A stretch of 64,000 nt of DNA from Callorhinchus milii (Eukaryota), in contig NW_024704743.1 in assembly GCF_018977255.1 (NCBI RefSeq), forward strand, positions 110,424,001-110,488,000, in the 5' to 3' direction. Shown here piece by piece: positions 24,301-38,700 of the stretch. Positions within the stretch are counted from its first letter, which is position 1. Each line of letters begins with the position of its first letter. The notes below the pieces were generated by a model. The model was given only the letters and a program-made list of their open reading frames with translations, searched no databases and was not told where the DNA came from. The position numbers and the translations under genes are program-made.

Positions 24301-27300
24301 AAGTAAAAGTACCAAAAAGAGACGTTTGTTAAAAACCAGCAAAGCTCAGCGACCAGCAAAGTGTCCACAGGAGGTCCGATTCAACCCATTCCTCCACGAA
24401 TTACAAAATACGAAGGAGTGAGTTCAAGTGCACCGCCATAAATAAAACGCTTTAAGGATTGATTGCTTTCCTTATCAGGGCTGGAGGAGAGAAGATGCAT
24501 AATGGTGGATTGAAGACTGTGCATTGAGTTGTGCACTGCTGAGATACACTAATGGAGGCTGGATACATTCCTGCTCTTGGTTCCCCACGAGCCTCAGTGT
24601 TCTCCACAGGCCCCGACATTCCCTACTGACCCCAAAGTTTCCCACTGACCCCAATGTTGCTCACTGACCCCAATGTTCCCAACTGAACCCAATGTTTTCC
24701 ACTGACTCCAGTGTTCCCCACCGACCCCAACATTCCCCACTGACCCAACATTCCCCACCGACCCCAACATTCCCCACCGACCCCAACGTTCCCCACTGAC
24801 CCCAGTATTCCCCACTGACCCCAATGTTGCTCACTGACCCCAATGTTCCCAACTGAACCCAATGTTTTCCACTGACTCCAGTGTTCCCCACCGACCCCAA
24901 CATTCCCCACTGACCCAACATTCCCCACCGACCCCAACATTAAGGTGGCTCATTCAAGGGGTTGGGAAGTGTGTCTAAACCATGGGCAGGAAGATGATGA
25001 CAATGCTCTCATGTATTTAATGCTGACTTGCGTTGACCACCAGGAAGCTCACAGTGAGTTCCTGTTATCTCCCATCTGCCTTATGAGCGTCATACCTGCA
25101 CTTGTTAGATATCAAACATCCAACTCGTACTCACCTGCTTTGGAGAGAGGAAAGCCATGGGTCTCCTTGGACCTGAGCTGGGTAGAAATGCCTCTACGAT
25201 ATCAGTACTTCTGATGCAACATCTATTCATTATAGCTTCCCATGTGAGGAAGATCCTGACAAGCCTTCTATTTTTATGTCTTTTATAAAATTAAGAATCC
25301 TTCTTCCATTGTTTTCCACAGTACAGTTCCAACAATGAGCATTTGGTCTCAGATCTCACAATCAGATACCGAAGAAATGCGAAAAACAATGGAAGAACAA
25401 CGTAACGACAAAGTGGTAAGTGTTGAGCAGAAAACTTCAAACAATGGAAAAGAGTGAACAACTTTTTACCGTGTTCTAGAAATAGACAGCTTAAATGCTC
25501 TGCTCACACACTGCCTCGTTTGTCATTCCAAGTAAGAAAGCTAACTTATATGGGCTGACTCTAGAGACAAAGTAATTCAGACGGGAGGTGACAAACGCAT
25601 GCACGTGAGTTTCAGCTGCATTTGGGGCAAAGTACGGTTGGAGGCAGGCAATGTGGCAGAGGTGGAAGAAGGAGGTCAGAGACTGGATTTGGGGAAGGAA
25701 GGACATCTAGGGTTTGAACCGGATGCCCAGATACTGGTTTGCAAATGTCAGCTTGTGAGATTTGAGGTGAAATTCACAGCTGCTGAAAATCACAAAACTG
25801 AAGTCTGATCTTCCCTAACTCTGTGAGTTCCTAACCCCCTATCAACCTGTCCTCTCCCTTTGCTCACTGGGCTCCTGCCTGCTTCACATCCCCCACCTTG
25901 CCTGCAACACCATTGGTGGGCAGGCCTTCAGCCTTTCTGGAACTCCATCTCACAGTCCCTTTGCCTTGCCCCCTCCCTTGCCTCCTTCAAGACCCATCTC
26001 AAGGCCCTCCTCTTTGATAGTGCCTTCCGTCACCCTTGTATCTGGAACTAGAAGTCACAAGCACAGTGGCTAAGTTTGCATATGATACCAAACTAATGAA
26101 GGTGATAGATTGCGAAGCTGAAAAAGATAGGTTAGAGGAGGATTTGGACATATTTCGGAATTGGCCAGATAGGTGACAGATGAAATTCAATGTGGAGAAA
26201 TGTAAAGTACTTCTCATGGGGACAAAAAATCCTGGAAGGAATTACCCTCCCCACTTTCCACCCCTCCCGATCCCAACCACCAGCTTGGGTACGAATCCCT
26301 GATTGTCCAATGCCTTAATAATAATAATAATAATCCTTGCATTTGATATAGCGCTTTTCACGTCGGGAGGACGTCCCAAAGCGCTTCACAGAACACACTG
26401 TAAAGTGAATTGACTATATATTTGTGGGCAAACGCGGCAGCCAATTGCGCACAGCAATGTCCCACAAACAGTCATAGATTGAAAATGACCAATTTATTAT
26501 TGTTTTGTTTTTTGGGGTCGCTGAGGGTGGAGGGTAGGGGGGGGAAGCAGAGAGATCGAAAGCACGGTCGAAGAGGAAGGTCTTGAGATTGGTCTTGAAG
26601 GTGGCAAGGGTGGGGGCGAGGCGGAGGACTGCAGGATGGAGTTCCAGAGGGTGGGAGCAGAGTGGCAGAAGGTCCGCCCGCCAATAGTGGGGCGAGTGAG
26701 GTGGTAGACGTGAAACAGGCCGGAAACTACTGAACTGAGGGAGTAAGCAGGATTGTAAGGGGTTAGGAGGTTGCAGAGGTAGAGGGGAGCAAGATCATGG
26801 AGGGCTTTGAAGGTGAGGACCAGGATCTTGAACTGTATCCTCTGTGTGATGGGAAGCCAGTGGAGTTGGACAAGGATGGGGGTTATAGGGTCACGGAGCC
26901 TAGTATAGGAGAGGACAAGGGCTGTAGAATTCTGGATGATCTGCAGCCTATGGAGGAGGATTTGGGGAGGCCAACAAGCATTGCGTTTGCATAGTCGAGC
27001 CTCGATGTAATGAAAGCATGTATGAGGGTTTCGGCAGCCTGCGATGTGAGACAGTGGTGGAGCCGGGCAACATCGCAGAGGTGGGGGAAGGCAAAGCTAG
27101 TCAAGGGGTCAAATGTGGGGTAGAAAGGATAGTTAAGGGTCAAACAAGACGCAAAGGTTCCAAACTGGCTTAGTATGGTGGCGTGTGCATTCTTGGAGGT
27201 TGATGCTGTCAGGGCCTGAGGTGAAGAGGCGCTGATGGGAGTCAATCAGGAGAGCCTCGGTCTTGTTGACTTTCAACTGAAGAAAGTTAGCTTTCGACCA

Positions 27301-30300
27301 GGACTTGATGTCCAACAGACATTCTGTCAGGTCAGCAGTAGTCCTGGAGTCGAGGGTGGAGGCAGAGAGGTAGAGTTGGGCGTCATCCGCATACATGTGG
27401 AAGTTGACCCCATGTCCGTGGATGATGTTACCAAGAGGGAGCATAGAGATATAGAAGAGGAGGGGATCAAGGACAGAGCCCTGAGGAAAGCCACACGACA
27501 TGGTCCAGGGGCTAGAGGAGAAGCTATTTGTGGAGATGAACTGGAGGCCATGTGAGAGCTATGATCTGAACCGGACGATCTGAACCGGAACCGTCAGCGC
27601 CTCCTCACCTCAGGCGCTGACAGCATCACCATCCATGGTTACACACTCGACCTTGCTAAGCCAGTCTGGAACCTTGGGGGTTTTGTTTGACCCTCAACTA
27701 TTCTTTCTACCCCACATCTGCACCATGTCCCGCTCTGCCTTCCCCCACCTCCACAATATCAATTTCAGCTGGGGCATTGTTGGCCAGAACATCATGAGAA
27801 ACTCCCTGCTCTTTTCAAATAGTGCCACGAGATTTTTAACATCCACTTTAACTACAGATGCGACCTCAGTTTAATGCTTAGGTCTTTGTCTGGCAATGTT
27901 AGCAGGAGCTGAGCGGGAAGAATTCCTGGTCGGCCTTTCCAAGTCCTGCTAATGAGCCAGACTGGCTGATCTATCATCAGCCAGCCTGGTGCATCTGTGG
28001 AGTCCTGTAGCCGAGTGGCTAGAGAACTCACCCCACAAGCGAGAGACCTGTGTTCAATTCCTGGGCAGGGAGAAAGCTTAAGCAAGTTTCCTTAGTCCAT
28101 GCACATGCCTCTGTTTAGCTAGCAGTAAGTAGGAACCTGCTTGTTGGTCAATTGGTGGGTTGCTTTCTGGGGGTAATAATCCCTTCAAAAAAAATAATAA
28201 TTTGGTTACTCAATCCACAACTGTTTGTGGGACAATACTGTGTGCAATTGCCTGCCGCATTTCACCCACAAAAAATACACCAACAATTCAGTTTACAGTA
28301 ACCCTGTGAAGGGCTTTGAGACATCTCGAAGATGTGATAAGGCGCTATATCAAATGCAAGGATTATTATTGTTATCAGCAGTGCCTTGGAGTACTGTGAA
28401 CCCACCTAACTCAGGATCTGGTCTCCAGAGGATTGACTCGATTCCAATATCCCATTGCCAAGGATGTCACTTTGGAGACCCGTTTACCTTCCCTCCTCTG
28501 CCAAGAAGTATAGTGACTTATTATTACACTTCAATAATGTGTTACATCTAGGGATAATAAGATATGGGCATGAAATAGTGCATCCTGTTTTCATTCACTT
28601 TCAGTGGGAACTATTTCACATAGGAAGAAATGGCACTCTATAGGGAAAGTTAACCCTTCTTGGTGGCTTTTGATAAAGCATTGATCGATTAGAGTTTGCT
28701 GACAAAGCGAGGCAAGAAAATGTAAATGAAAATAAAAATTAAAAGAATGTTTTGTTTTTTCAATGCTTTACAAGAAATTTCTAAATCACCGCATTAAAAA
28801 AGTTAATGATTTTACTGACTGTTACAATGAGGGCTGCCTATGCTAACATGTGAACATATGTCTCTGCAGATGAGGAATGCACGATACAAAGAAGCTATGT
28901 GCAGCGAGAAAATGGAATACCTGCTGCAAACACTGTACCATGATAACAAAGCTGGTTACTTCTTCACACAATTCTGTGAAAAATCACATCAGTCAGTGAG
29001 TAATAAAATGATTATGTAGATTTACATAGATTGAATAACATGAAAATAGGCCATTCAGCCCAACAGGTCTGTCTGTGCCAGTATTTATACTCTACACTAG
29101 TCTTGACCCATTTTTTACCCTTCTATTTCCCTCTTCCTCATGTGAAGGTCTAGCTTTCTCTTACGTATATGTACACTATCTGATTCAACCACCACTGCAG
29201 TCCAGCGAGTTCCACGTTCTCATTAATCTCTGCGTGAAGTGATTCCTCCTAAATTCTCTTTTAGACCCCTAGTTGCTACCTTATACTTCTGTCCCTGGTT
29301 ACAGATTAGCTGTTAGCTGATTACTTAGCTATTACCTGTTGTAATAGTGACAGATGTCAGATCTAGACCCCAAACCCTCCCATTATTGCCTCATTTGGCT
29401 GGAGTTTCACAAATGAGATTGTGATCTCCCAATTCCATGTTGCTAAGTGTAATGGAACAACGAAAATGCCCTGTGAACAATTGTAGGAATCGCAAAAGAA
29501 TTTGCAATTCACTACTGATTCTCGAGAACCCTGATTCATGGAACGTTGCCTTCATGGACGTCAGAACAAAGATCAGTGTTTTAGAGGTTCAGGTGTAAAT
29601 TTTCCAGGATTTGTAAATCGCAAATCCATTTGTAATACCCAGAATTTGAACCCAAATATGTATCCCTGTATGCACTAGAATGTTTTAGTCAACACTTGCC
29701 ATACATTTTACACTTCTCTGTGTCAGCCTAGCTCATTTAGTAGCACTCTCGCCTCTGAGTCAGAAGGTTATGGGTTCAACCCCATGTCAGGACATGGAAC
29801 TCATATAGTCTATGCTGACACTGCAATGCAGTGTTGGTTTCATTGTCAGAGGTTTCATCCTTTGGATGAGATATTAAAACAAGATTCCATCTGCTTGTCC
29901 AGATGGACATTAAAGATCCCATGGCACTATCAAAAAGTGAAGGAAGTTTCTCCCCAAGTCCTGGCCAGCAGTCCTCCAGATAATATTGGTCGTTCAATCC
30001 ATGGCTGTTTGTGGGACATTGCTGTGCACAAATTGGCTACTGTAATTGCCCACAAAATGCACATAACTGCATTATTTTACTGTATATTTTGTGAAGCACT
30101 TTGGCGTATCTCAATGATGTGATAGACCACTACATCAAATGCAAGGAATATTATTATTATATCTTGTGCGTATTGACTTCTGCATTCTGATGCTAAATAA
30201 ATTCAAGTTACTTAAAATATATTAGCTACTGAGTAAATGGCTGTTTTTCAACACAGTAGTAGCTGCATGGGGGTCACTACACTGGACAATAATAGGCCAA

Positions 30301-32657
30301 TACAGGTATATAAGTGTAAATTGTAATTGTATTGTGATTTTTTTAAACTAACACATTTTCTTTTATTTCTTGTAGATATGGAAGAGCGCTGCTGATTTAT
30401 GGTTTGAACTGCAGGAATATCATCGGCTCTTCTACGCAAATAATTTTCAACCTTTCAAACTCAGGAGGCAAGCTCAGGCAAGATAGCAGTTTTTCATACC
30501 TACCCCTTTCATTATGTGTGATTTTTGGTTTGACAACCTTTAAAGGGGGAGATTTGTACAATATAATAAGCCTCTGTCTGCAGAAAATGTCTTCATTTGT
30601 GGGCTCTCACACCTGAACGTCCTGCCCAAAGAAATGTCCATTGCGCAGCCCATTATAACTCAAACTGACTGTTCAGATTATCCATTCCTATGTTGGCTCT
30701 GCTGGTCCCATGTGTTTCTTTGTCGGCATTTGTTTCAGTTCATTTATGCTTCGTTCATTATTGAAAAAGCTGCTTCGGACATTGAGGTGGATGAAGACAT
30801 AAAGAAAGAAATTTATCACAAACTGGAGCCGCCGTTTGAGGAACTGTTTGATTTTGCGGAGGAGTACATTCTCACATTGCTACTGGTCCCTTGGATGCGC
30901 ATGATCGAGACTGATTTGTCAACTTACAGCAAGGTAAAGTCAGTGTGTTCAATCCCATGCTCGTGGCAAGTGGGTAATGAGTTTTGTACTTTTGCAGACT
31001 TGTACTCAGTTGAAATTCCCTTGAGATTCAGATCAGTACAAGATACTTTCTGTGTGGGACACTACCATTATGAGCCCTTCTTTTCCCGCTCGATCGCCTG
31101 GGAACTGCTTACAGGTTGTCACCTCCAGCTGGGAATCCCATGTGCATCTTACTCACTGTTTACAACTGAAGATACCCTTAGAGACAAGGTCTCAGGAATT
31201 GTCATGATGTACATGGGTACCTTGCTGGGAAGTGCAGTTTATGCTATGAGGTATTTTTTCCAGTCTGAAGGTAACTGTTGACTGTTTTGCTGTGTGTAGA
31301 AACAGTAACTAATAATTTATTCAAATTGTTGTACTACCTGCATTGCAAAGTAAAATAGAAAATCTGCCTTTTATAATGCTCTTCTCTTGCTAGTGATTGT
31401 CAATGGAGTTCCCTTATCTTTAGGTAATGCAGTTCAGCACCTTGCAAAACTTGGATTCTGTCTATTGCAAGCATCTTCAGGAATTACAGCGAAAGTTTCT
31501 GCCACCACAGGTAATAAACTCTCGGCTCTCAAAGGAACACCCCACGTCTTAAATACACACAAAGTGAATGAAGCAATCGCTTCTGCAGTACCAGGCATCT
31601 AAATGCGTGGATTCAATACTACATTATTGTGTGGTGCCAATGCTGAATTGGCGATAAATGCACTGAATTTCCTCCTACGTTGAACAAGCGGTGATTTTGA
31701 ATTAGATGCAGATCAAGATTTTCACACCATCCAATGCCCAAATCAATGAATGGCAGCCCACAGGATGTGCCGTGCAATTGTTATTTGCCTTTTTAAAAGA
31801 AGTTTCAAATTTAGACTTTGACCTCATAGTCTAGGCTGGCACTCCAGTACAGTGCAGTGGATGACTGCCTTGCCAGAGGTGCCAACCTTTGGATGAGACA
31901 TTAAGCCAAGGTCCCATCTGCCTGTTCAAGCGGACATTCAGGATTCTATGGCACTATACAAAAAGAGAAGGGAGTTTCACCTGGTGTCCTGGCCAACAAT
32001 CCCTCAGATAAAATAAGCACTCATGTTATGACTGTTTGGGACATTGCTGTGGAAAAATTGGCTGCCACATTCACTTACATACAGACAGTCACTACACCTT
32101 ACAATAAATTCTGTGAAACGCTTTGAAATGGCTCAACAAAGTGTTAAGGAGCTATATCAAATGCAAGGATTATTATACATAAACGGCACAGTCGACTGAG
32201 GGAGAGAGCTAAAACTGGGTATCTTTCACAAATTTCATTTTTTAAATTTGCTTTAGTCATGTGTTCCTTTATTTTAAATGAGGACGGAAAAAATGGTGGG
32301 GGAGGACACACATTGAAAATTCTCATATATACAATGTGTGTTCATAAATGCGGAGAAATCCTAAAGTGTAATATTACTTTGTTTGCTGAACCAGTGCCTG
32401 TCAGAATTAATTCTGCTAATCATGCTTTTCTTTAGGAGTTTTCTCTTCAGCCCTGTGCCAAGTCTTCAATGCGATTATTTGACAATGCTGTTGATGTAGA
32501 CCAATGGAAGATTGTACCTGAGGAATTCAGTAATTACACACTAAACATGCTTTTTCGCAATCGCATAGAACTGGGCAACTTTCAGCAGTACCTAAGTCAG
32601 CGTTTTGTGGGGTGAGTGAATGCCCTTCTTCGCATTATAAAGTATTGCACTTTTCAC

Positions 32658-32701
<44 letters not shown>

Positions 32702-35700
32702 CTTCTTCCAGGCATTTGACATAGCGCCTTATTCTGTCTTCGATACGTCTCAAAGCTCTTCACCGGAATATACTGTAAAGTGAATTGACTGTATATTTTG
32801 TGGGCGAAATGCGTCTGCATCTCTTTTCTTTACAGCATAGATCTCAAGTGCTGGTTGGACATTGAACAGTTTAGAAGAATAGCTCACCATGCTGAAGCGT
32901 TGAGAAATGCAAAGTCTAAGGAGATCAAGAGCACCTATCTGAATCGCAAGTATTTCTTTGGACCTGGCAGCCCTGCTTCAGCTAATGAACAAGACAAGGT
33001 AACCAATTGTTAATTTTTACAGTGCATGAAATGATGCTTCATGTTCTGATTCTGGATCTGTCATATCAATCATATCTGTCATACAAAGAGTTACATAAAG
33101 TTATGCAGAGTGATATAGCACAGAAACAGGTCATTCGGCCCAACCAGTCCACAAGTCATTTTGGACCCGGCAACAAATGAAAACAGCCTACCAACATCCA
33201 CCTTCTTGAATACTTTTATAATCTTAAATCCCTCAATTAGGTCCTCTCTCGATTGTCTTATCTCCTATCTGCCTCTTATTTTCTGGTAGCTGCATCCACT
33301 CATCGCTGGTAACATCCTGGCTAAATCCACACTGTTCTGTCGAATGCTACAATATCCTTCCTGTAAAGCTCATANTTTTTCCAAGGGCCTTGCTGCTTCC
33401 GCTGCTAAACATTGTGTGGCCCCCTGCATATATGTGTCAGCTCGGCTCAGTTGGCCACAATCTCACATCTGAGTCAGAAGGTTGTGGGTTCAAGCCTACA
33501 CATCAGGATTTGGAACCCATATAGTCAATAAAATGCAGTGCTGTGGGTGTGCTGCATTAATGGAAATGCTGTCCTTCAGATAAGATGTGAAACCAAGGTT
33601 CTGCCTGACTGTTCAGGTGGATGTTAAAACTCCCGCTGCACTATTTGAAAAGAGAAGGGAGTTTCTTTTGGTATCCTGTCCAACATTCCCCAACATAAAA
33701 AAATGGTCACTCACTTCATGGCCCTCTATGGGACATTACTGTGCACATAATGGCTGTGTTTGCCTACAAGAGCACCTACCTGTCTAAGAGCACAGTCACT
33801 ACAATTCACAGTTAAAATCCTGTTAAGAGTTCTGAGACATCTGGATGAGGTGGTAATATTAATAATAACCATAATAATCCTTATATTTGGTATATCACCT
33901 TTCACATCAGGATGAGGCCCCAAAGCCCTTGACAGGCAACACTGTAAAGCATATTAACTGTTTCTTTTGTGAGTAAAAAATTTGATAAGGCATTACATCA
34001 AATGCAAGGATTATTGTTATATATCTTATTGCACTTATATTTTTTTGGGAGGAAATAATTTTAAGAAAAAGAAAATTAATTTGTGTAAAATTATTTTATC
34101 CAGGTGATGCAGTTGGCTGGGGGTTGGGGAAACCTACTCCACGATCAGTTGTCTTCGGAGGTGCTGGTCGAAGTGCAGAGAATAGTGAAAAATCGTCTGG
34201 AAAAGAAATGGCTTCCCATGTTTCTGGCATCGCCGGAGTTTGCTCAGAGACAGCACACACAGGTACATTAAGCCAGACACTCCATCCATCAGCACCGAGC
34301 ATGGTCTGTATTTGTGACACTATATTTGGGCATTGACTAAACCAAACCAATTGGCTTATACTTGGAGTGTAAAAAAGCATTGCAAGGTATAATGTGATAA
34401 TTATCATTGGTAATAATTAGGACAGTGTTGGTTAATATGCTTTGAAACAACAACAACAACAAGATTCCATTTATAGAGCGCCTTTCATGTCGGGAGGACG
34501 TCCCAAGGCGCTGGACAGTTGGGTCAGGACCCGAGCAAGGGGGAAATGGTCAGGGTGAGGGGAGGGAAGGGAGGGAGCGAGGAGGGGGTAGAGAGTCGAG
34601 AGGGGAGCTGAAGGCACGGTCAAAGAGAAAGGTCTTGAGACCGGCTTTGAAGGAGGAAAGGGAGGAAGCAAGGCGAAGGCACTGGGGGATGGAGTTCCAG
34701 AGCCTAGGGGCTGAGAGGCTGAAGGCCCGGCCACCGATGGTAGGGCAGTTGGGGCGGGGGATGTGGAGCAGACCGGAGCCAGAGGAACGGAGGTTACGGG
34801 CAGGTAGGTAGGGGGATAGTAGTTCGGAGAGGTAGGAGGGAGCAAGGCCGTGAATGGCCGTGTAGGTGAGGATGAGGATCTTGAATTCGATCCTCTGGGG
34901 GATGGGGAGCCAGTGGAGGTGAGCGAGGGTGGGAGTGATGTGGTCGCGAAGCCTGGTGCGGGACAGTACACGAGCTGCAGAGTTCTGAATGACCTGTAGC
35001 TTGTGGAGGGAGGTGCCGGGAAGGCCGGCGAGGAGAGAGTTCCCATAGTCCAGCCTTGAGGTGATAAAGGCGTGGACTAGAGTTTCAGCAGCGTGAGGGA
35101 TGAGGTAGTGCCGTAGTCTGGCGATGTTTCGGAAACAGTCAATAACTGGACTGGACTCAGGTATGACACTTTCCCTGACTCCGATATAACGGTCAGGCTC
35201 GAAGGTGGCTGTAGTGACCTTGGCATTTTTAGCCCTTGGAGTAAGATGCCAACTGAAGTTGGATTATTTTTAGTTAAACCAAGTTGTCTGCTAACCAGCA
35301 CTTGCAGGCTAAAAGCACTCTGCTATCTCTGTGAGCAGCTTCAAGCCCCAACTACTTACATAAATGATAGGGCATAGAAACAGGCTATAGGTTGTAGGTT
35401 CAAGCCCCATGTCAATACCTGAACTCACGTAGTGCCAATGTTTACACTACAAGTGAATCTTCACTCACTCTTACTCCCTCCCATATTTATCTATTCCCTT
35501 CTCCCTAATATGAAGGTGTAGTTTTCTCTTAAATGCATCTAACTTTTCTGATTCAACCACTGCATCGAGCAGAAAGTTTCACATTCTCATTACCTTCTGC
35601 ATGAAGTAGTTCCTCCTAAATCCTCTTTTGGATTGCCTAATTTTATACTTTTTTAAGTTTGACAAATTTGGGACAATGGTCACATTTACAGAGGTCTTTG

Positions 35701-38700
35701 GTTATCAACTGTCTCAATTGCATGTAACAATATTGTTATAATTGTCATTTGCGATTATTCACACTTAGTAATTTCCATTCCATCATTAATTATAAAATTT
35801 AAGTAATTTAGAACTGGGAATGTTTAACCACTAATGGGATGATACTTGTTTGATGTGTAATTAATGCCTATGGTACAAATTGAAACGTTGTTAAGAAAAC
35901 TTGCCAGTGTGATATTTCCATTTATTTCACCTCCTGTGATAACCTATGTATCAGCCTGGCTTAGTTGGTACCGCTCTCACCTCTGAGCTAAATGTTTGTG
36001 GGTTCAAGCCCCACATTGGTGTTGAACTCACATAGTGTAAGCTGACACTCCATTGCAGCGTTGGAGCTGCATTACACTGTTGGAGGTGCTGTGCTTCGCA
36101 TGAGATTTTAAACCGAGGCACCATCTGCCTATTCAGATGGATGTTAAAGATTCCATGGCACAATTCAAAAAAAGAAGGGAGTTTCTCCCAGGGTCCTGGC
36201 TAACAATCCCCCCACAATAAAAAAATTGGTCCATCATTTCATATCTGTTTATTGGAACATTGCATTGCGCAATTGGACCTCCCCGTTTGCCTACAAATAC
36301 AGACACTCCACTTCACAGAAAAATCCTGTGAAGTTCTTTAGGACATCCTCAAGATATGCAAGGCAATGTACCAAATGTAAGGATTATTATTATTATCCTA
36401 GGAATGCAATCTTCTAATTTAATGCCAGTTTTTGATAGACAGTCCAACTATGGGCATAGCTGAAAGTTTCCCAAAAATCTTCCCCTTTGGAACATATGAC
36501 TTAAGGAAAATTTCTCTTAAAAATAATGATCTTTTCACTTGTATTACATCAGAAAGTTAAACATGCAGGTATCAGATGAGCACTGATGACTGATAAAGGG
36601 ATGAGCTGTGAGGAAGGATTAGATAAGCTAGAGCTCTTTGAATCTTGAAAGCAGACGTCTCAGAAGGAAACATTATACAGGAGTGTATCAGATGCAAAAC
36701 AGGATAGAGAAAGCAAGCCCAGGCTCAGAACAATATTTTCATTTACACCAAGGGTTACAGGACACAGGTTCAGCATTTTGAAGGGCACATTTTGGATAGG
36801 TACCAAGAACAATATATTTACAAAGCAGGCAAATCATCAACTGGAATAGGTTAGCAGGAAGGACGGTGGATCGATTAAGAAACAGTTTAATTCTGTAATA
36901 TTAAAAAGATGGGGCGAGTATTCTGGTTATCAAATTGGTCTGATGGCCTTTGTTTTCAGTATATATTGTGAGATTAAATGATTTTAACAAGTCTAGGATA
37001 TTCATTTTTATTTTGTTTTTTTTGGATATATTTAGATACAGATTCATGATGTGGTAGAGGACCGTATGATCCAAAAGCAAATTAAGAAGGGAAAGCATTG
37101 GAAGGTGAGAACACCCTCTGTAAACGCAACGCAAAGCAGAATGGCTGTGCCTTATTATATCTGCATTGTCCGGGTCAGACTATTGAAAAAGGTTTTGTGA
37201 GAAAAGCATATCAGTTTCCTGATTATAGCACTCCAAGACACTGCATGAAGTGCGTGGTATATAGATGCAAGTAGTTATATTTATCTGTAGGCATGTCGTC
37301 AACCAATACTGCTGGAATATTTCATATGGATAAAGTTTTCTACAATCCCTTCCTTTAGAGGAGTAAGGTGAAGGACCATACACTCATCCCACACTAGTGA
37401 GCAATGATATTTTCCTTCACCGGATATCTGCTCAAAATTATTTTTAAAATTAAGAGTTAACTAGCTGTTCCAGTCTACTCAGAACCAAATAAAAATTGTT
37501 AATTTTGATTGTGGGATGTTGCTGTGCGCAAATTGGCAGCCGCATCCACCCGCAAAACACACAGTCACTACACTTTACACTATATCCAGTGAAGTGCTTT
37601 GAGGCATCCTCCCAATGTAAAAGGCTCTATCCTAAAATCTAAGGATTTTTATTATATCATAATTATTATTAATAATGAAAGTTGTGGGAAAAAGTGTCCA
37701 GTCAATAAAGTGCTCCTTAATTATTCCCAGTGTTAATTAAGGAACAGAATGTAGTTAGATATTCTGCATTCTCCCCAAAGATCCAGAGTCTGTTTAACAG
37801 TCTTATGAAGCTGAAACTTCAAATATCCCACTCCCTAATTTCAACCGTCATGTTTGCAATGGTAAATCCTGTGAAGTGCTTTGGGACATCATTCCGATGT
37901 GAAATGTGCTATACAAAATATTATTATTATGCTATTGGAGTTTAAATCACTCTAAATGATGTTATTTTCCTTAATATATTTGAGCTTTTTGCAGGCGGTT
38001 GATGTTTTGCTCACCAAGTATTTTGTCAAGCCATTTTTGAATAGTCTTAATAACATTCCCAATTACACTGATGATCATAGGGACTGTGTTTGTTTTACAT
38101 TGTCACATAAGTCTGCATTCAATTCGTAGATCAATGTATTTCCTGAGTTTCTATAATTCCTTATTTTTCACACTCTAATGACTTGGGATAGCCATATCAA
38201 TAATACTACACATACAATCAATTTGATTATTTATGATAATATCTGGTCAGTTACAAGTGATGTATGTTCTTCTGAATTCCAGATTTATTGTGATATGTTC
38301 TGATATATTCAATCAAACCAACAATTATATTGTTGATATAAGATGCTTCAATTTCAATCAGACCTCTTCCTCGTTGTCTTGGTATATAAATATGTTATGA
38401 ATATTATGATTATTATTATTAACATTTGTAAAATGGGAATTCTAACTTAGTGTCTGAGGGCATAAAAATTGTGGTGAGTAAATATATTTAATTTTCCAGC
38501 AGCAGCCTGTGAACAAATGGATATCCTCATCAAAACATATTATTTCATTCCGCAAAGCTCTGTTAAATCCAATCACAGCGCTTCAGTTCCAACATTTTGT
38601 GTCTCTGAAGGGAGGCTTCTTGGAGAATAATGTGCTCTTCTGGCTTGAGGTTCAGAAATATAAGGTAAATAAACCTTAGGGTAATAGTGGGAGTTATGCC

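Noticed and set aside
24594..24940. Repetitive ORFs and a CRISPR-like periodic pattern
   Set aside because: Tandem minisatellite with no unique spacers; eukaryotic intron, no cas genes.
29340..29660. Possible large palindrome
   Set aside because: Pairing too weak to support by eye; probably a decayed repeat.
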